Shown here: positions 38,691 through 50,861 of the stretch, one piece after another
How positions within the stretch are numbered: the stretch's first letter is position 1
Layout: the number at the start of each line of letters is the position of its first letter
DNA from: Perkinsus olseni
Taxonomy: Eukaryota
Assembly (NCBI GenBank): GCA_013115125.1
Contig: JABANN010000025.1
Location: 1-64,000 of the forward strand
Direction of reading: 5' to 3'
DNA: 64,000 bases
The notes under the pieces: generated by a model
What the model saw: the letters and a program-made list of their open reading frames with translations, nothing else
What the model was told of the DNA's origin: nothing
Database searches by the model: none
Program-made: the position numbers and the translations under genes

Positions 38691-40251
38691 ATGACACTGC
38701 GGATACGCGGCGCCCAATCATCCGCTCAGGGCGAGTTCGGTGGCGGAAGGACCGGCATTGGCTCATCGTCCTCGTCCTCGCATTTTTCGATACAGTAATA
38801 ACTGGGTGTGGGGGTAGACGTTGCGGGGTCAGCTTTAGCTTCCGATCGGTGCAGCATTGGCCGCCAGGCTAGGTCGCTTGAAGGCCTGCCGCACTGTGAT
38901 GGAACCTGAATCTCCGGACCATCTATGCTTGAGCGGTGGTTGCTGTGGGAATGGCGATGTGTTATTGGCATTGTGCGTGTCTTCAGCGTCGGAGGGGCTA
39001 CACCTCCCGGCAGCGATCACCTCGCCGCTGGCCAAGCCCTGCCTCCAGAGGGGCTGGTCCTGAAGCCTCCGGCTGCCCATCAGGTCATAGCCTTCTTGAG
39101 GCTTGTCAGGGAACGTTACTAGCAGGTTCCCTGGCCCTACGACCTGCAGTGCATCCTCAGGCTTCCATTGGACATCGCAGAACGATTGCGGCCCTTGTTG
39201 GTGGAGGTGATATCGCTGTGGCTTCCGCTGTTTAGGATAGCTTACGGCGTGTTAGGAGTACTCTAAGAAGTTGGATGGTGTCATTGACATAACCCCAGTG
39301 GATCGGCCGGTGGAGGGAGAAAAGAGCCGGGCGTTTGCGGTAAAGGTAATAGGAGGTTGAGGAAGCGAGTCTGGCCTGCCTGGCGGCTGCTGTAGGTGTT
39401 TGACGAGACTTTGTCGGGCGTGCTGTTGGACATCCCAACCTTCGTGGAGTCCTTCAAGTCCCCGAACAACCACGTCTTCACTAAAACGGGCGATGTCAGC
39501 CAGATGCTGGTGGCCTTCCGCGGCACCTGGTCGGAGTATTGGCAACGACTTCAGGAGCAGGGAGTCGAGGTAGGGGGATTTCGACTTGGCAGCGAGGGCG
39601 ATGCTGCTGTAGTTGGATCCGGAGTTCCCACTGACTCTGCGAGATGGCCTGACGCCTCCAACGACCCGCATACGGCAGCGGAAGTGGCGGCAGCCTCCTA
39701 ATCCTGATCTAGCCGTCAGGTAGTGGTGATCTCGGCCAGCGGGGGGGGATGGGCGCTTTTAGGAATGCTCGGGCTGAGGAGCAGATTATGAATGTTAATA
39801 AGGGAGGCCATCTCGAGTGGACGGAGGAGACAGACGTGACGGCTTCGGAGATGCGGGTGAGGGAGGAGAACGAGCCCAGCAGCATCTGGAGGCCTACTGA
39901 TGAGATCATTAATACACTCAACGTAGGGCTGTGAGTACCACAGCTGTCGATGTGTGTTCGCTAGGCCACTGGGCTGATGCCCTCTCTGCCACCAGGGGTG
40001 TCACCAGCTAGCCTGTCTTCCTTCGCTATGGGCGATGGAGCTAGCAGCTACACTGGCTTCGATGCTGCCAGCAAGGGGTAGGGGCCCTGACTGATTTGTT
40101 CTGCCTGCGGCGACGCTGCAAGTACAGTTTGTGGGTTGTCAGGAGTCGTGCTACGAAGAAGAGTAAGAAGCATCATCATAAGAAGAGCAAGAAGCATAAG
40201 AAGGAGAGCAAGGAAGAAGACGAGGCCATTGCAGCGTTGAAGAATAGATAG
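38691..40251 (+). CDS. TAF7: TFIID subunit TAF7 (TAFII55 N-terminal domain)
   Basis: YDLQCILRLPLDIAERLR, VLLDIPTFVESFKSPNNHVFTKTGDVSQMLVA and DGLTPPTTRIRQRKWR match the TAF7 motifs QFILRLP, LVDLP.I.ES.KT.D.K..YKT.DI.QML and GITPP...VRKRRFR. The start codon is uncertain. Confidence 0.8.
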
Positions 40252-40489
40252 TGTTTCTTCTGCAGTATCATCAAAGCCTCGTGTTCAGGGGCGCTCTGAG
40301 ATGCTCGGGAAGGGTCGAATTCCCGGTCGTTGGGGGTGTCCGGCGCTAGCTGGCATCGGTAGAGTAGGTCGCTGTTGTGCAGAGTTTACTGAATATGCCA
40401 GTTTGATAGGTGAAGGGCATTAGTCATCGCCTTCGCTCCGTATGATGAATAATACCTCTAACGAAAGGCTATCGAAATGAGAGTATAAA

Positions 40490-40790
40490 CAGTGGACGAG
40501 TTGAGAATCGATCAACCGTCTCACGCAAAATGTGACCGGAAAACCGTTCCGTGTCGTTCCGCGACTCTGTCGAATTCGATATGCAAGTTTTTTTCATCTT
40601 CATGGGACTCAAGCCCTCCCTGTCTGAGTCGGAGCGTGCCACTATCATCCAGCAATCGGCCGGAGGGAAGTCTACTCTCGAGATCGCTCGATATCTGGGT
40701 CGAGACCCTAGGACCGTCAGAAAATACATAGATGATTCTGGCGTACAGTATATCCGACCAACTGGGCCCCGCAAGACCTCCTCAGCGATC
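40490..40790 (+). mobile_element. Truncated Tc1/mariner-type element (5' end and transposase HTH only)
   Basis: MGLKPSLSESERATIIQQSAGGKSTLEIARYLGRDPRTVRKYIDDSG...PTGPRKTS resembles a Tc1/Tc3 N-terminal HTH with a GRPR-like linker. A CAGTG at 40490 may be a left terminus. No DDE domain or right TIR was found. Confidence 0.6.
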
Positions 40791-42441
40791 GGTACTGATC
40801 CTCGCATGGGGGCCGTGGAGGATGCTAAGCAGCGGATAGAGAGGATCATTCGGGTGCGGGGCTTGAGAGGCTCGTGGCTGTTGTGAGTATGTTTCTCAGG
40901 CTCATGAGCGGCGAAATCCGGGGATCGGTGAGCCAGAGGGCGCCGCTGAGGATTGGGCATTTCGTGACGCAGTGAGGGAAGAGTTCGGGATTCACTACCA
41001 TAAAACCCTTAAATCATGGTAGAGCAGCAGCTTCTTTGCGCTGTAGTGTATCGATCCGGGCTCCTACAGGTTCTATTGGCTTCCTGAAGGAGGGACGAGG
41101 GGGAAGAAGTGCATCAAGCCGGGAGTCCTGAATGCCCTGAGGTTCCTTTGCGAGGACAAATCCAAGAGAGAGGAAGCGGAAAAGCTGGGGAAGTGCTCCA
41201 CCACTGCCGTTAGACACCGGGTAAGGAGGTTCATGTCATTATAGCCAGGATGTCATAAGTGATCAGAAGAGGAAACATTACGAGACAATCCAGCCTCCCG
41301 ACTCGGAGAGTAGCACGCCTTCCGACTCCGAAAGTGGCGCGCCCAGCGAAAGTGCCACGCCTTCTGACTCCGAAAGTGGCACGCCTTCCGAAAGTGCCAC
41401 TCCCTCCGAAGGTGCCACGCCTTCCGAAAGTGCCACTCCCTCCGAAAGTGCCTCGCCTTCGGACTCCGAAGGTGGCACGGCCGAGCCGGAGTCTCCGGTC
41501 TGTATTGGTGGCTCTAGACTGAGACGCCGAGTATCGTCATTGGAGTATTTCAGCCCAGGTTGGTGTGGGGAGCCGCTGCGGCTTCTGCATGATTTGCTTG
41601 CAGACGACTGTACTCTGGAAGAGGAGATTGTGGAGAGTGGGGGAGAGGCTGGGAGCTCGCAGTCTCGTCAAGCAAGAGTGAAGCATGATCAAGTCGCTGT
41701 CCTGACGGTGAGAATTGGTCACGTTCGGCCATGCGTTACAGCCTGTACCCTTTAGGCACAAGTTGAGGAATTGAAGGAGAAGCTGAGGGCAAAGGAGAAG
41801 GTGAGACCTTCTCGAAGATGGCACCTCGGACAGTTCGTGAGCTGACTGGATGACCGGACTAGGCCCGCTGTTGGTGATAACGAGTGGGGCTCTCTCAGGA
41901 GCGTGAGTCGGCAGTTGATGAGGTCGAGCGGCTTCGTGAGTTCAATAAGCAACAGAGGTCTGCGAGGAAGGAGGAGATGAGAGCTTTGAGGGGAGACGAC
42001 GAGTAGGGCCATGGCAGCAACTTGGGGAGATATTTTCTTATCAGGTCTCAGGAAAATGTTGTCGGATGTGCAAGGGGAAGTGAAACGTATGAAGGCGGAA
42101 GATGGTAGTAGTCTAGCCTAGACTGTCTAGGTGGTATTCCGTTTTTGACTGGTCAACGAACCCTGTTACTGAACCCTAGTTAAATATTCTCGCTGATATA
42201 AAGAGAGGGGAGATCGCCACCAGGTTGGCGGTACTCGCCTTGTTTTGGTAGGCCGGATGGTTGCACTTCAAAAGACATGCCAGGCAACTCTTAGCGGTGT
42301 TAATTCTCTCCTCAATAGGACTGAGAGCTCACAGGTAGGCGGGGAGAATGTATCCGCTACGATAGTACCGGGACATCGTTTTAGGCCTCTCACCCTAGCA
42401 TCGAGGTAAAGGCTGAGATTATCCGCCAGCGATGGCGCTGA
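40602..42441 (+). CDS. Tandem-array coiled-coil gene, copy 1 (in frame with the upstream transposase HTH)
   Basis: MGAVEDAKQRIERIIR (from 40806) | ..HFRDAVREEFGIHY | KKCIKPGVLNALRFLCED | ... | GLRKMLSDVQGEVKRMKAED | VALQKTCQATLSGVNSLLNR. Exons are homologous to copies 2-4. Confidence 0.6.
41298..41480 (+). repeat. 18/24-nt coding minisatellite (SES[AG]TP / SDSES repeats)
   Basis: Repeated ccgaaagtgccacgcctt and gactccgaaagtggc units translate to PDSESSTPSDSESGAPSESATPSDSESGTPSESATPSEGATPSESATP. Confidence 0.85.
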
Positions 42442-42859
42442 AAGTGGAGGTACTCTCACGTCTGGCATCTCCAGTGCATTCCGAGCTGCGGCCGTTGCTG
42501 CACCCCTGTTTTTGTTGGGTGTTGTCATGGCCCGGCTGCCGCTCGACTCTCTCCTATCCCAGAAGGATTTTTACCAACACGTACATTGTGATTTGACTCC
42601 TTTCATTGCTTGAAGCTGATTCAATGTGTGCATTACCTTTATGACTTGCCACTTGATTGCGTGGTAGTTAATATGATTGTGGGCAGGTCGTCTCCGCTGC
42701 GGGATGATTCCACACGGTTCCGCCGCGAGTCTTGGTCGTCTATGGTTCCGAATCGGTAATTCCTCGGCAACACCCATGAGCATGCCCATTTTCATCTTAC
42801 TTCCGGCCCTGCCTGACAGCAGAATCTCGCTTCACATGAGTCGTACCGAGAGCGTGGTC

Positions 42860-42990
42860 AGGAGAAAAAGGAGGAAGACGACGCCATTTCGGCGTTGAAG
42901 AATAGATAGTTTTCCTTCTCCATCATCGTCATCATCGTCACGATCAAAGCCTTGTGTTCAGGGGTCTCCTGAGAGAGATGGGTCAAATTG
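42860..42990 (+). repeat. Duplicated 3' end of TAF7 and its downstream flank
   Basis: ggaagacgacgccatttcggcgttgaagaatagatag...tcaaagccttgtgttcagggg parallels 40213-40290 (gaagacgaggccattgcagcgttgaagaatagatag...tcaaagcctcgtgttcagggg). Confidence 0.85.
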
Positions 42991-43122
42991 CTGGTCGCTA
43001 GGAGTGTTCAGTGTATAACAGGCGCTGCTAGGGACGGCTGATGATGGTTTTGCGTCCCCTTGTTATGCACTAAGTTCCTATTGAGAATGAATTATCTTTT
43101 TTCTGGTGACCAGGGATCCTGG

Positions 43123-44811
43123 ATGGGAGTTGTGGACGATGCCAAGCAGCGTATGGAGGAACTCATCGAAGGGAGTTACCTCAGAGGGGTGGCATCAGGT
43201 GGGAGGGCTGCCCGATTCAGGAACATTTACTGCGAAATCCCAAGATCGCTGAGCCTGATGGGACCGCTGGTGAGTGGCCATTCCGCGATGCAGTGAAGGA
43301 GCTGTTCGGGATCCTCTACGATAGATCCCAGATAACTTGGTAGGACGGCCACTAGCGGTTGTCTCTCTACTGAGTCTGCTTTAGGTTAGATAGGCTTCCT
43401 CAAGGCGGGAGGAAGGTGAAGAATTGCTCCAAGGCAGGGGTTCTCAATACGCTAGTTTGTGAGGAAAAAGCGCGGAGGGAAACGAAGCAGAAGGCGAAGA
43501 GTTCGTTCACTGCAATCACCAGACGCCGGGTGAGGAAGGCGATTGATATCATAGTAAGAGACTCTGGCCTCTTAGTAGCGAAAGTCGCACGAGAGGGCAC
43601 TACGCGCCGACCTAGATGGTGATGCGGTGTCGTTCACGTCCTCGGAGTCCTCGGCATCCAGCCGACGAGACTACAGGCCGACCCCCGGCAAGAAGCTGAG
43701 GCAGCAAATATCATCATTGAAGTGCTCGAACGCGGGTGGGAGTGGGGAGCCGCTGTGGCTGTTGTATGGTTCGCCTGTAGACCTGAGGAGTGTAGCGGAG
43801 GAGCGTCTGTGGCGTATCAAGGAGCTAGAGGCTGAGAAAGGTAGGGCTCACCGGAGGGGATGAGTACCACAATTCTACCATTTCAGCAGCAGCCTGGAAT
43901 CGTCTAAAGATGACTGAGGACGACGATGACAGCGAATGGGCTGAGAGTTCCGAGTCTTCTCCGAGGTCGGACTCTGATCAAGTTATTGCCTTGATGGTGA
44001 TAACAGCACACAGTCCGCCATGGGCAACGGGCTCCTTTCTCCAGGCAGAGCTTGATGAATGGAAGGAGAGGATGGAGGCGAAGGAAGAGGTGGGTCGCTT
44101 TCCATGATGGTATCTCGTGGGGCATTCGGGCTGAGCTAGGTTCGGGTAGGTCCGGTGGGTAATGGATGGGGCTTCTTCAGGAGTGCAAGTCGGCCGTTGA
44201 GGAGGCCGAGCGGCTTCGTGAGCTCAAGAGGAGGAATGGATCGGCTATGAGGGAGGAGTTGAAGGCTCTGCGGGATGAGACGAAAAGTAGCGGTATGGCA
44301 GCATTGCTGGTTGTTAATCCGTCATCAGGTTTGAGGAAGACACTATCGACTGTGGAAGAAAGATTACATCGCATGGAGGCAGAAGATGGTAGTGGTCGAG
44401 GTGGCTCTCTTATCTAGTCTCTGATGCTCGAAGGAATATGTCTTCGATACTTAGGAAGCAGCGGGGCTCTAGGGCGATGGTATCCATCGATCCATGTGTT
44501 GTTGGCTTCTCTTTGCGCTGGCCTAATAATGCCCCTCTTTGCCTCCTCTTTGCAGGACGCTACATCGCACTCCAAAAGACGTGCCAGGCAACTCTAAGCG
44601 GAGTTAACTCTCTCCTCAATAGAACTGGGAACACGCAGTCAGGCGGGGAGAAGGCACCTGTTTGCTCGGCGCCTATCGCTAGCATATGACTGCGTACTGT
44701 CCTCAGGCCCCTAGCTCTGGCACGGAGGTGAAGGCAGAGACTATCCGCACAAGGAAGGGGAGGTATAGCGGGTTGCTCGATTGGAGGCATTCATTCTCAC
44801 GCGTGGTGTGA
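43123..44811 (+). CDS. Tandem-array coiled-coil gene, copy 2 (first donor reads GG; may be defective)
   Basis: MGVVDDAKQRMEELIE, HFRDAVKELFGILYD, KNCSKAGVLNTLVCEE, ECKSAVEEAERLRELKRR and IALQKTCQATLSGVNSLLNR. Confidence 0.55.
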
Positions 44812-46000
44812 AATCTCGGACAAGCCACTGCTGCTGCTGCTGCTGCTGTCAGGTAATAGTGACGTCGCAGTGCTGTCACTTGACTTCTCCCTATCCCAGA
44901 ATTTTCCCCATTATGTACGTTGCGAGTATATAACCCAAGCTTGGCTTTGACTGCTTTTATTACTTATAGCGGATTCAATATTGGCATTATGTTCATGACT
45001 CAGCACATGTTTCCGCAGTAGTTATTACAATCTTGAGTAGATCATCTCCGCTGCGGGACGGCTCCACAAAGTCCGCCCGCAAGTCTTCCTCAGAATCGAT
45101 CCCGAATCGGTAATTTCTCGGCAGCCCCCATCACCGTATCCACCGTCACCTCACCTCGGGCTCGCTTTGCCAGCAGAATCGCGCTCTAGATCAGTCATAG
45201 CGATCGGTAGGTTGAGCTCGCCTCGGACGTCGGTATTGTCTGCAACACTTCGTCGCCGTTAGGGAGTTCGGGCTTGGCCTAATGGCCGAATATTGGCCCC
45301 TGATAATGGGCCTGATGGCTCATCAGTCTCTCTCTCGCTCTTGGCCGCTGTTCGGCCGGGGGATTCTGCAAAGCCTCGAAGGTTCCGGTAGAGCTTCTAA
45401 GGTCGACACGAAAAGTATACAGAGGCTGACCAGTCCTTGAGGGAAAAGAAAAGGCTAGCATGCCTCGGTCGACGGAACATGCACGGCGTATGTCGAACAG
45501 CTGAGGTAGGCCTTAGTTCTTCTGGAGCTGGTAGGCTTATACTATCCAGAACTGCCAGTGGTGAGCAGCGAGAGTCTTACCAGGACCGCGAAGAGGGGAT
45601 AGTGTAGGTGTGTTGGTGCTGGACGAAGTATGGTGGTTGTTGCTATCGGATGGACTCCGCAGGAGGTGAGAAAGTAAGTCCCGCGAGAGGTTTGCATCAC
45701 GAGACGTGAGTACAGGGTGGATTCGCAGCTAGTGTCACTAGCCTCTTAAAACGTGGAATGCACTGAGCTCATTATGGAGACGAGTCCTGTTTGATACAGC
45801 CTGTTTCTCTCCTGTCGCTACAGCCACGCGTTGCTAGTGGTCTCAATAACCTTGGGCCTTGGATCGGGTTGAGGACTTCACAGGTCGCCCCGGTACCTAT
45901 CCTGTGTTCCGCTCTCATTTCCAATTTTCTGTATCATACAGGATCGTAGGACTCGGCATTAGTACTTTCTGCTAGGAAGCCTTTGATTGATCTTATCAAA

Positions 46001-47370
46001 ATGAGGACGGTAGAAGATACCAGGAAGCGCCTGGAGGAGCTAATTCAGGTTAATGACTCGAGAGAGTGGCTGTTGGAAGGGTCTTCTCACTCAGGAGCAT
46101 TTGCGGCGTAACCCGAGTATTGCGGAGCATGATGGGAGAGTCGAGGATGGGGAATTCCGGGATACAGTGAGGAAGCAGTTCAGAATTTTCTAAATTGCAT
46201 ATGCTTCGAGATGGTAGAGTAGTAGCGTTGGCGCAGCATTGACCGTTACCCTGCTGTCTGTTGTAGGTATTATCATACCGCGAGTGGAAAAACGAGGGCG
46301 AGGAACTGCGCTTTTGTGGGAGTCCTTGACGCACTGCGGCTCATCTGTGAGGACCAGATGAGGAATAAGGAGACCGGGGAGCGGGGTAACTGTTCTATTC
46401 TTCGGGCGAGACTCCCAGTAAGAGGAGCGTCTAGGCTGGCGCCTACTTGATTCGGATTCTCAGAAGCGGAAGTTTTCCGAGGGGGTGGCCCCGAGTAGGG
46501 ACGATGAGTCTTCATCGTCATCTGACGAACTCCGCAGCACGCGAGTCAGCAGCGGCGCTAATCTCCGAGGGGAAGTATCCCGTTTGAAGTGCTCGCGGGC
46601 AGGTCAGAAGGCTCCGTCAGGGAGCGTCTCAATTGAATCGTTACCATTGGCTGACGGTTCATTGCCGATGCGTTCGTAGGTCTTCGAAAATTAGCAGAGG
46701 AACGCCAGGAGCGTATCGACGAGCTGGAGGGTTAGTGGGGTCGGGAGTATCGGAGGGAATGAGGATTGCTGTTATCTTCTCAGCTGCAGCCTGGGCTCGG
46801 AAGGCCGTGGCCGATGGTGCTGACAGCAGCGGAGTGACTGAGGGGGCGGTGCCTGATCAAGTGGATGCCTTAACAGTGAGAGCAGTCCGCTATGGGTGCT
46901 CTTAACACCGTGTACTCTTCAGGGGGAGGTCGGTGAATGGAAAAGAAGTTCGAGAAGGAGATGGAGTTGAGGGACGAGGTTGGCTGCAGCAGCTCGCACG
47001 AGGTCACCCACGAGGTTGGACTCGAATCGAGCGGAAAGGCTCATGCCCTATTGACTTCGCTGTGGCTCGTTCAGAGTAAAGCACTTTCGAAGTCGGAATG
47101 ACGATGTTGTCAGGATCGTCAGGCAGCGGCTGAGGAGTTGGGGCTAGCTCGTGAGGTCAACTCCATGAGGGAATCCGCGATGAGGGGAGAGTTGAAGGCC
47201 TTAAGGGAAGAGACGGCGGGTAGGACTCCTACCGTAGGAGTAGAGTATGAACGTCACTTGAGCTACTGTTGCTTCCCCCAGGTCTGAAGAAGGCGTTATC
47301 GGATGCTCATTCGGAAATCGATCGTTGGATGACGGCCGATCGTAATAGCGATGGAATTATGGAGAGCTGA
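46001..47370 (+). pseudogene. Tandem-array coiled-coil gene, copy 3 (degenerate and truncated)
   Basis: MRTVEDTRKRLEELIQ, EFRDTVRKQFRIF, GVLDALRLICED and GLKKALSDAHSEIDR. There is an apparent 1-nt deletion at about 46940 (tggaaaagaagttcgag versus the WKEKFKE frame in copy 4), and the final exons are missing. Confidence 0.5.
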
Positions 47371-49056
47371 TCGTTCTGGTGATGAGAAACAGCGCCATTC
47401 ATCTTAAGAACGTACAGTAGAAGAAGTAAGATAGAGCGGACATGCGAGGCAACTCTGAACAGTGTGAGGTATATTACGGATTGGACTCAGGGGACGCAGG
47501 TGGGCGGGGAGGGGTGTATCACGATTCGTACTCCTAGAGTTGGAGCACTGCAAACTGCATTCGAACACCATCGGAATCCGTACACCGAGAACTCGAACTT
47601 TGAGCGGGAGCAGAAGCAAGCGAAGCGATTCGATAAATGCATGGGGTATCTGATCTGGGCCTAAGCCGGGTCCCCCATCGGTGAGTTACCAGTGGTAGAG
47701 GGACTAATCGGTACAGAGTCAAACCCGTACACGAATGATTGATGCATCCTACTCTCGTCTGTGTCAGCCAATGGGGTTGCTTCTTATACAACGCCTTCCA
47801 GCACAGTTGCCACTCGTACAGCGGCTTTGCAAACACCGGGAGCCACTGTACGGAATGACACTTTACGGAGTGAAGCAAGATGAGTTGATGTTGAACTGAG
47901 TAGACTGTTCGAGTTGAAGCTGAGCAGGATGAGGCGAAACGAACTGTTACTTGCACGAGTTGCAACCGTACGATATGATCTCCCACGCCGATCGTGAAAA
48001 CTGTTCACTGAACAGTCTCGGGGGCTCCCAATACTGGAAGATCCCCTTCGAAAATGGCAGGGTATGCTTCGTTCAGGTCCCTCGCCCTGTCAAGACTCTC
48101 AAGGCTGAGCTCAAACGGGAGGGAGGGTAGGCTGGAGGATGAGCCATTGTTGAGAAGTGTCGGAGTCTTCCAACCACTGGGCTGGTACTGCTCTAACACT
48201 ATCGAATTCTAACTGCTCATGCGTTTCTCCCCGCAATATTCTCTCTCCGTGAGGAGTTGGCGTGGTGCCAGTCGTCGCTCTTCATGCTGAGACACGTGTC
48301 GATTGTACCATGCACAGCAAGATACATAAGGACAGCATCTGCCAAAAAATTGACACTCGGTTTTCTCCGCAGCTACTTGCTGTCACTGTCAGGTAGTCTC
48401 GGATCTATTCTACTCTGGATTTATCCCACCGATATGCGCTGTGTGACTTCTACGCAAGGTCGCTTTATTTTCATTGCAGCTTATTGTGGGTTTAGTGGAA
48501 CAAATTCTAAAGACACCACTCTCTTGCGTTGCAGTTTATAAAATCACATTTAGTCCCACCACCCATGTCGGCAAGTGTGAATTTCTCTTGGTCTTGCGCT
48601 AGCTCTACCCGAGAATATGGCATATTCAATATGCCCTGAATCTTTGATGACTCACTTCCAATGATTCACCTGTCGATCAGTATCAGTGGAGCTGTCAGAT
48701 TATATCAGTCAGTCTTGCGCCTGGCCTACCCTGGAAGGAGAAGACACATCCTACCTTTTCATGGTGCGCGAATTACATAAGGCTGCTTAAGCGTAGCTTT
48801 TGGAGATTACTCGAGGGGCAGCCTTCTTATATGACATCTCCTTCAACTTGAAGGCTTCAAGGAGATGTCATATGAGGAGGCTGCCCAAGGAGACTCCTTG
48901 GGACCACCACTCTATCGCGTTATGGTCTGCACTATCGATATACTTCAGCTGATGGATGATTTTTGTCGGAAGGAGACAGCACTTCCCGACCTGTCCGAAT
49001 GGGAATTGTTATTTGTACGGTTTACTGTCGTGATTCACAGGCTTGTCGTTTTCGGG

Positions 49057-50861
49057 ATGGGTGCGGTAGAAGAGGCCAAGCAGCGTATGGAGGATCTCAT
49101 CCAGGTGAGGGGCGTGGGAGGGGTGGCTGTTGTGAGGGTCTCGCTCAGGCCCATCTACGGCGAAATCCTAAGATCGCTGAGCCTGATGGGGCCGCGAATG
49201 ATTGGATATTCCGTGACGCGGTGAGGGAGCAGTTCAGGATCTACTACGATAAATTCGGCCTTTTATGGTACTGTTCTGTCATTGTATCAGCGCGATGAGC
49301 CGACCCCTGCATGAGGGTTCCTGCAGGCGCTATAAGCTTTCGAACGGAAGGAGCAGGAAGAAAAACTGCGTTGAAGCCGGGGTCCTCGGCACACTGAGGC
49401 TGGTCTGTGAGGAGCAAGAGATGAGGAAGGAGGCTGCGAAGACAAAGGGAAGAGGATCCAACACCGGGATGAGCCACCGGGTGAGGACGGACTGAATTAC
49501 ACACTGTGGCTGTAGTCTCGTGATCCCTAGAAACGCAGTCTGCACGAGCGGGTACGGCATTCTGAGCTGGAGAGGGACGGGGGGTCGGACATGTCGGAAT
49601 CCTCACTGTCTAGCGCAGCCGAGAGCTCCTACGAGTCGAAGAGAGAAGCACTGGTGTATAGGCTGCGGCAAGAGGTAGCTTCACTGAAATGCTCGAATGC
49701 TGGTGAGAAGTGGTAGCCTTCAAGTCGGGAGGACGATGGGGTCGTAGGTCTGAGGAATATAGCGGAAGAGCGTCTGGAGCGTATAAAGGGGTTGGAGGCT
49801 GGGAGTGGTTCGAACTCCGACGGCTGTACCGCCGACGAGGCAACCGAGGGGAGGGCAGAACTGCCGCCGGGACTGTACCCGGGTGAAGTCGCAGTGTTGA
49901 CGGTAATACGAATCGTGTTATAACATATCGGTCCAAGTAATATATCGTACGTGTATTAGGCGGAAGTCGAAAAGTGGAAGGAAAAATTCAAGGAAGGCAT
50001 GGCGGCGAAGGACAAAGTAAGTTGTTCTTGACGATAGGCGTTCGCTAGAAGGGTCCGAATGGGTGAAGGGGTATGTGGGGCTACTGGATTCTGACAGTTC
50101 AAGGGGTTTGCCTCCAGTGGTGAACTCAGGAGTGCAAGGCGGTCGTTGAGGAGCTGCAGCGCAGTCGTCTGATCAATTCTAAGAGAGAACGCGCGATGAA
50201 GGAGGAACTGAGGAGTTTACGTGAAGAGACAACAAGTAGTCCGATTCCTCGAGTGATGGTTGGGTTAGAATGACTTGATAGGTTTGAGGGAGATGCTGTC
50301 GGATGTCCAGTCGGAGGTCAATCGTATGAAAGCGAAAGATGGTAAGGGGGGCGGGCAGGAAGCTGTTTTCGCTCGGTGACTGATAGCGGCAAAATTCTTT
50401 ATGAAACCCGAGGATATCACCGTTGCTGAGTTCACAAGCTATAGTCGCTGAGCTGTATGCCGGTTCCCCCGAGGGCTAGGCTTCTGTCGTCATTAAAGCC
50501 CTCGTTGTTCACAGAACGCATTGGTGCGATACAGGAGACTCTCTCCAGAAACTCCATCTACCGCCAGGAAACTCTCAGCAGCGTCAAGTGTCTTCTCGAT
50601 GAGGCTAAGAGGATGCAGGTGAGCGGGGATGCGGGTATCCTTTTTTTATGATCGCCATTGGTGATGGGATGCTACTCCTGGTTCAGGCTCCTCGGTCTGA
50701 CATTGATGTGAAGGCTGAGGTCTGTAGCCTCGAAGAGGGTCGGCATGGCGGTTAGGCAACTACTGACGCTTTTGGGGTAGGATACTGCTGGCAGCACGCG
50801 GTGGAACCCTGTTCGGCGCCGCCGATTCGGCGGGCAGATGGCTAGCATCCCTCGATGTTGA
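49057..50861 (+). CDS. Tandem-array coiled-coil gene, copy 4
   Basis: MGAVEEAKQRMEDLIQ|AHLRRNPKIAEPDGAANDWIFRDAVREQFRIYYDKF|...KKNCVEAGVLGTLRLVCEE...|GLREMLSDVQSEVNRMKAKD|ERIGAIQETL...QETLSSVKCLLDE. Confidence 0.6.

Noticed and set aside
41259-41522. CRISPR-like array, or the ORF-track PKVPRL repeat protein
   Set aside because: There are no unique spacers. It is a coding minisatellite, and the Ser/Glu frame fits the paralogous exons.
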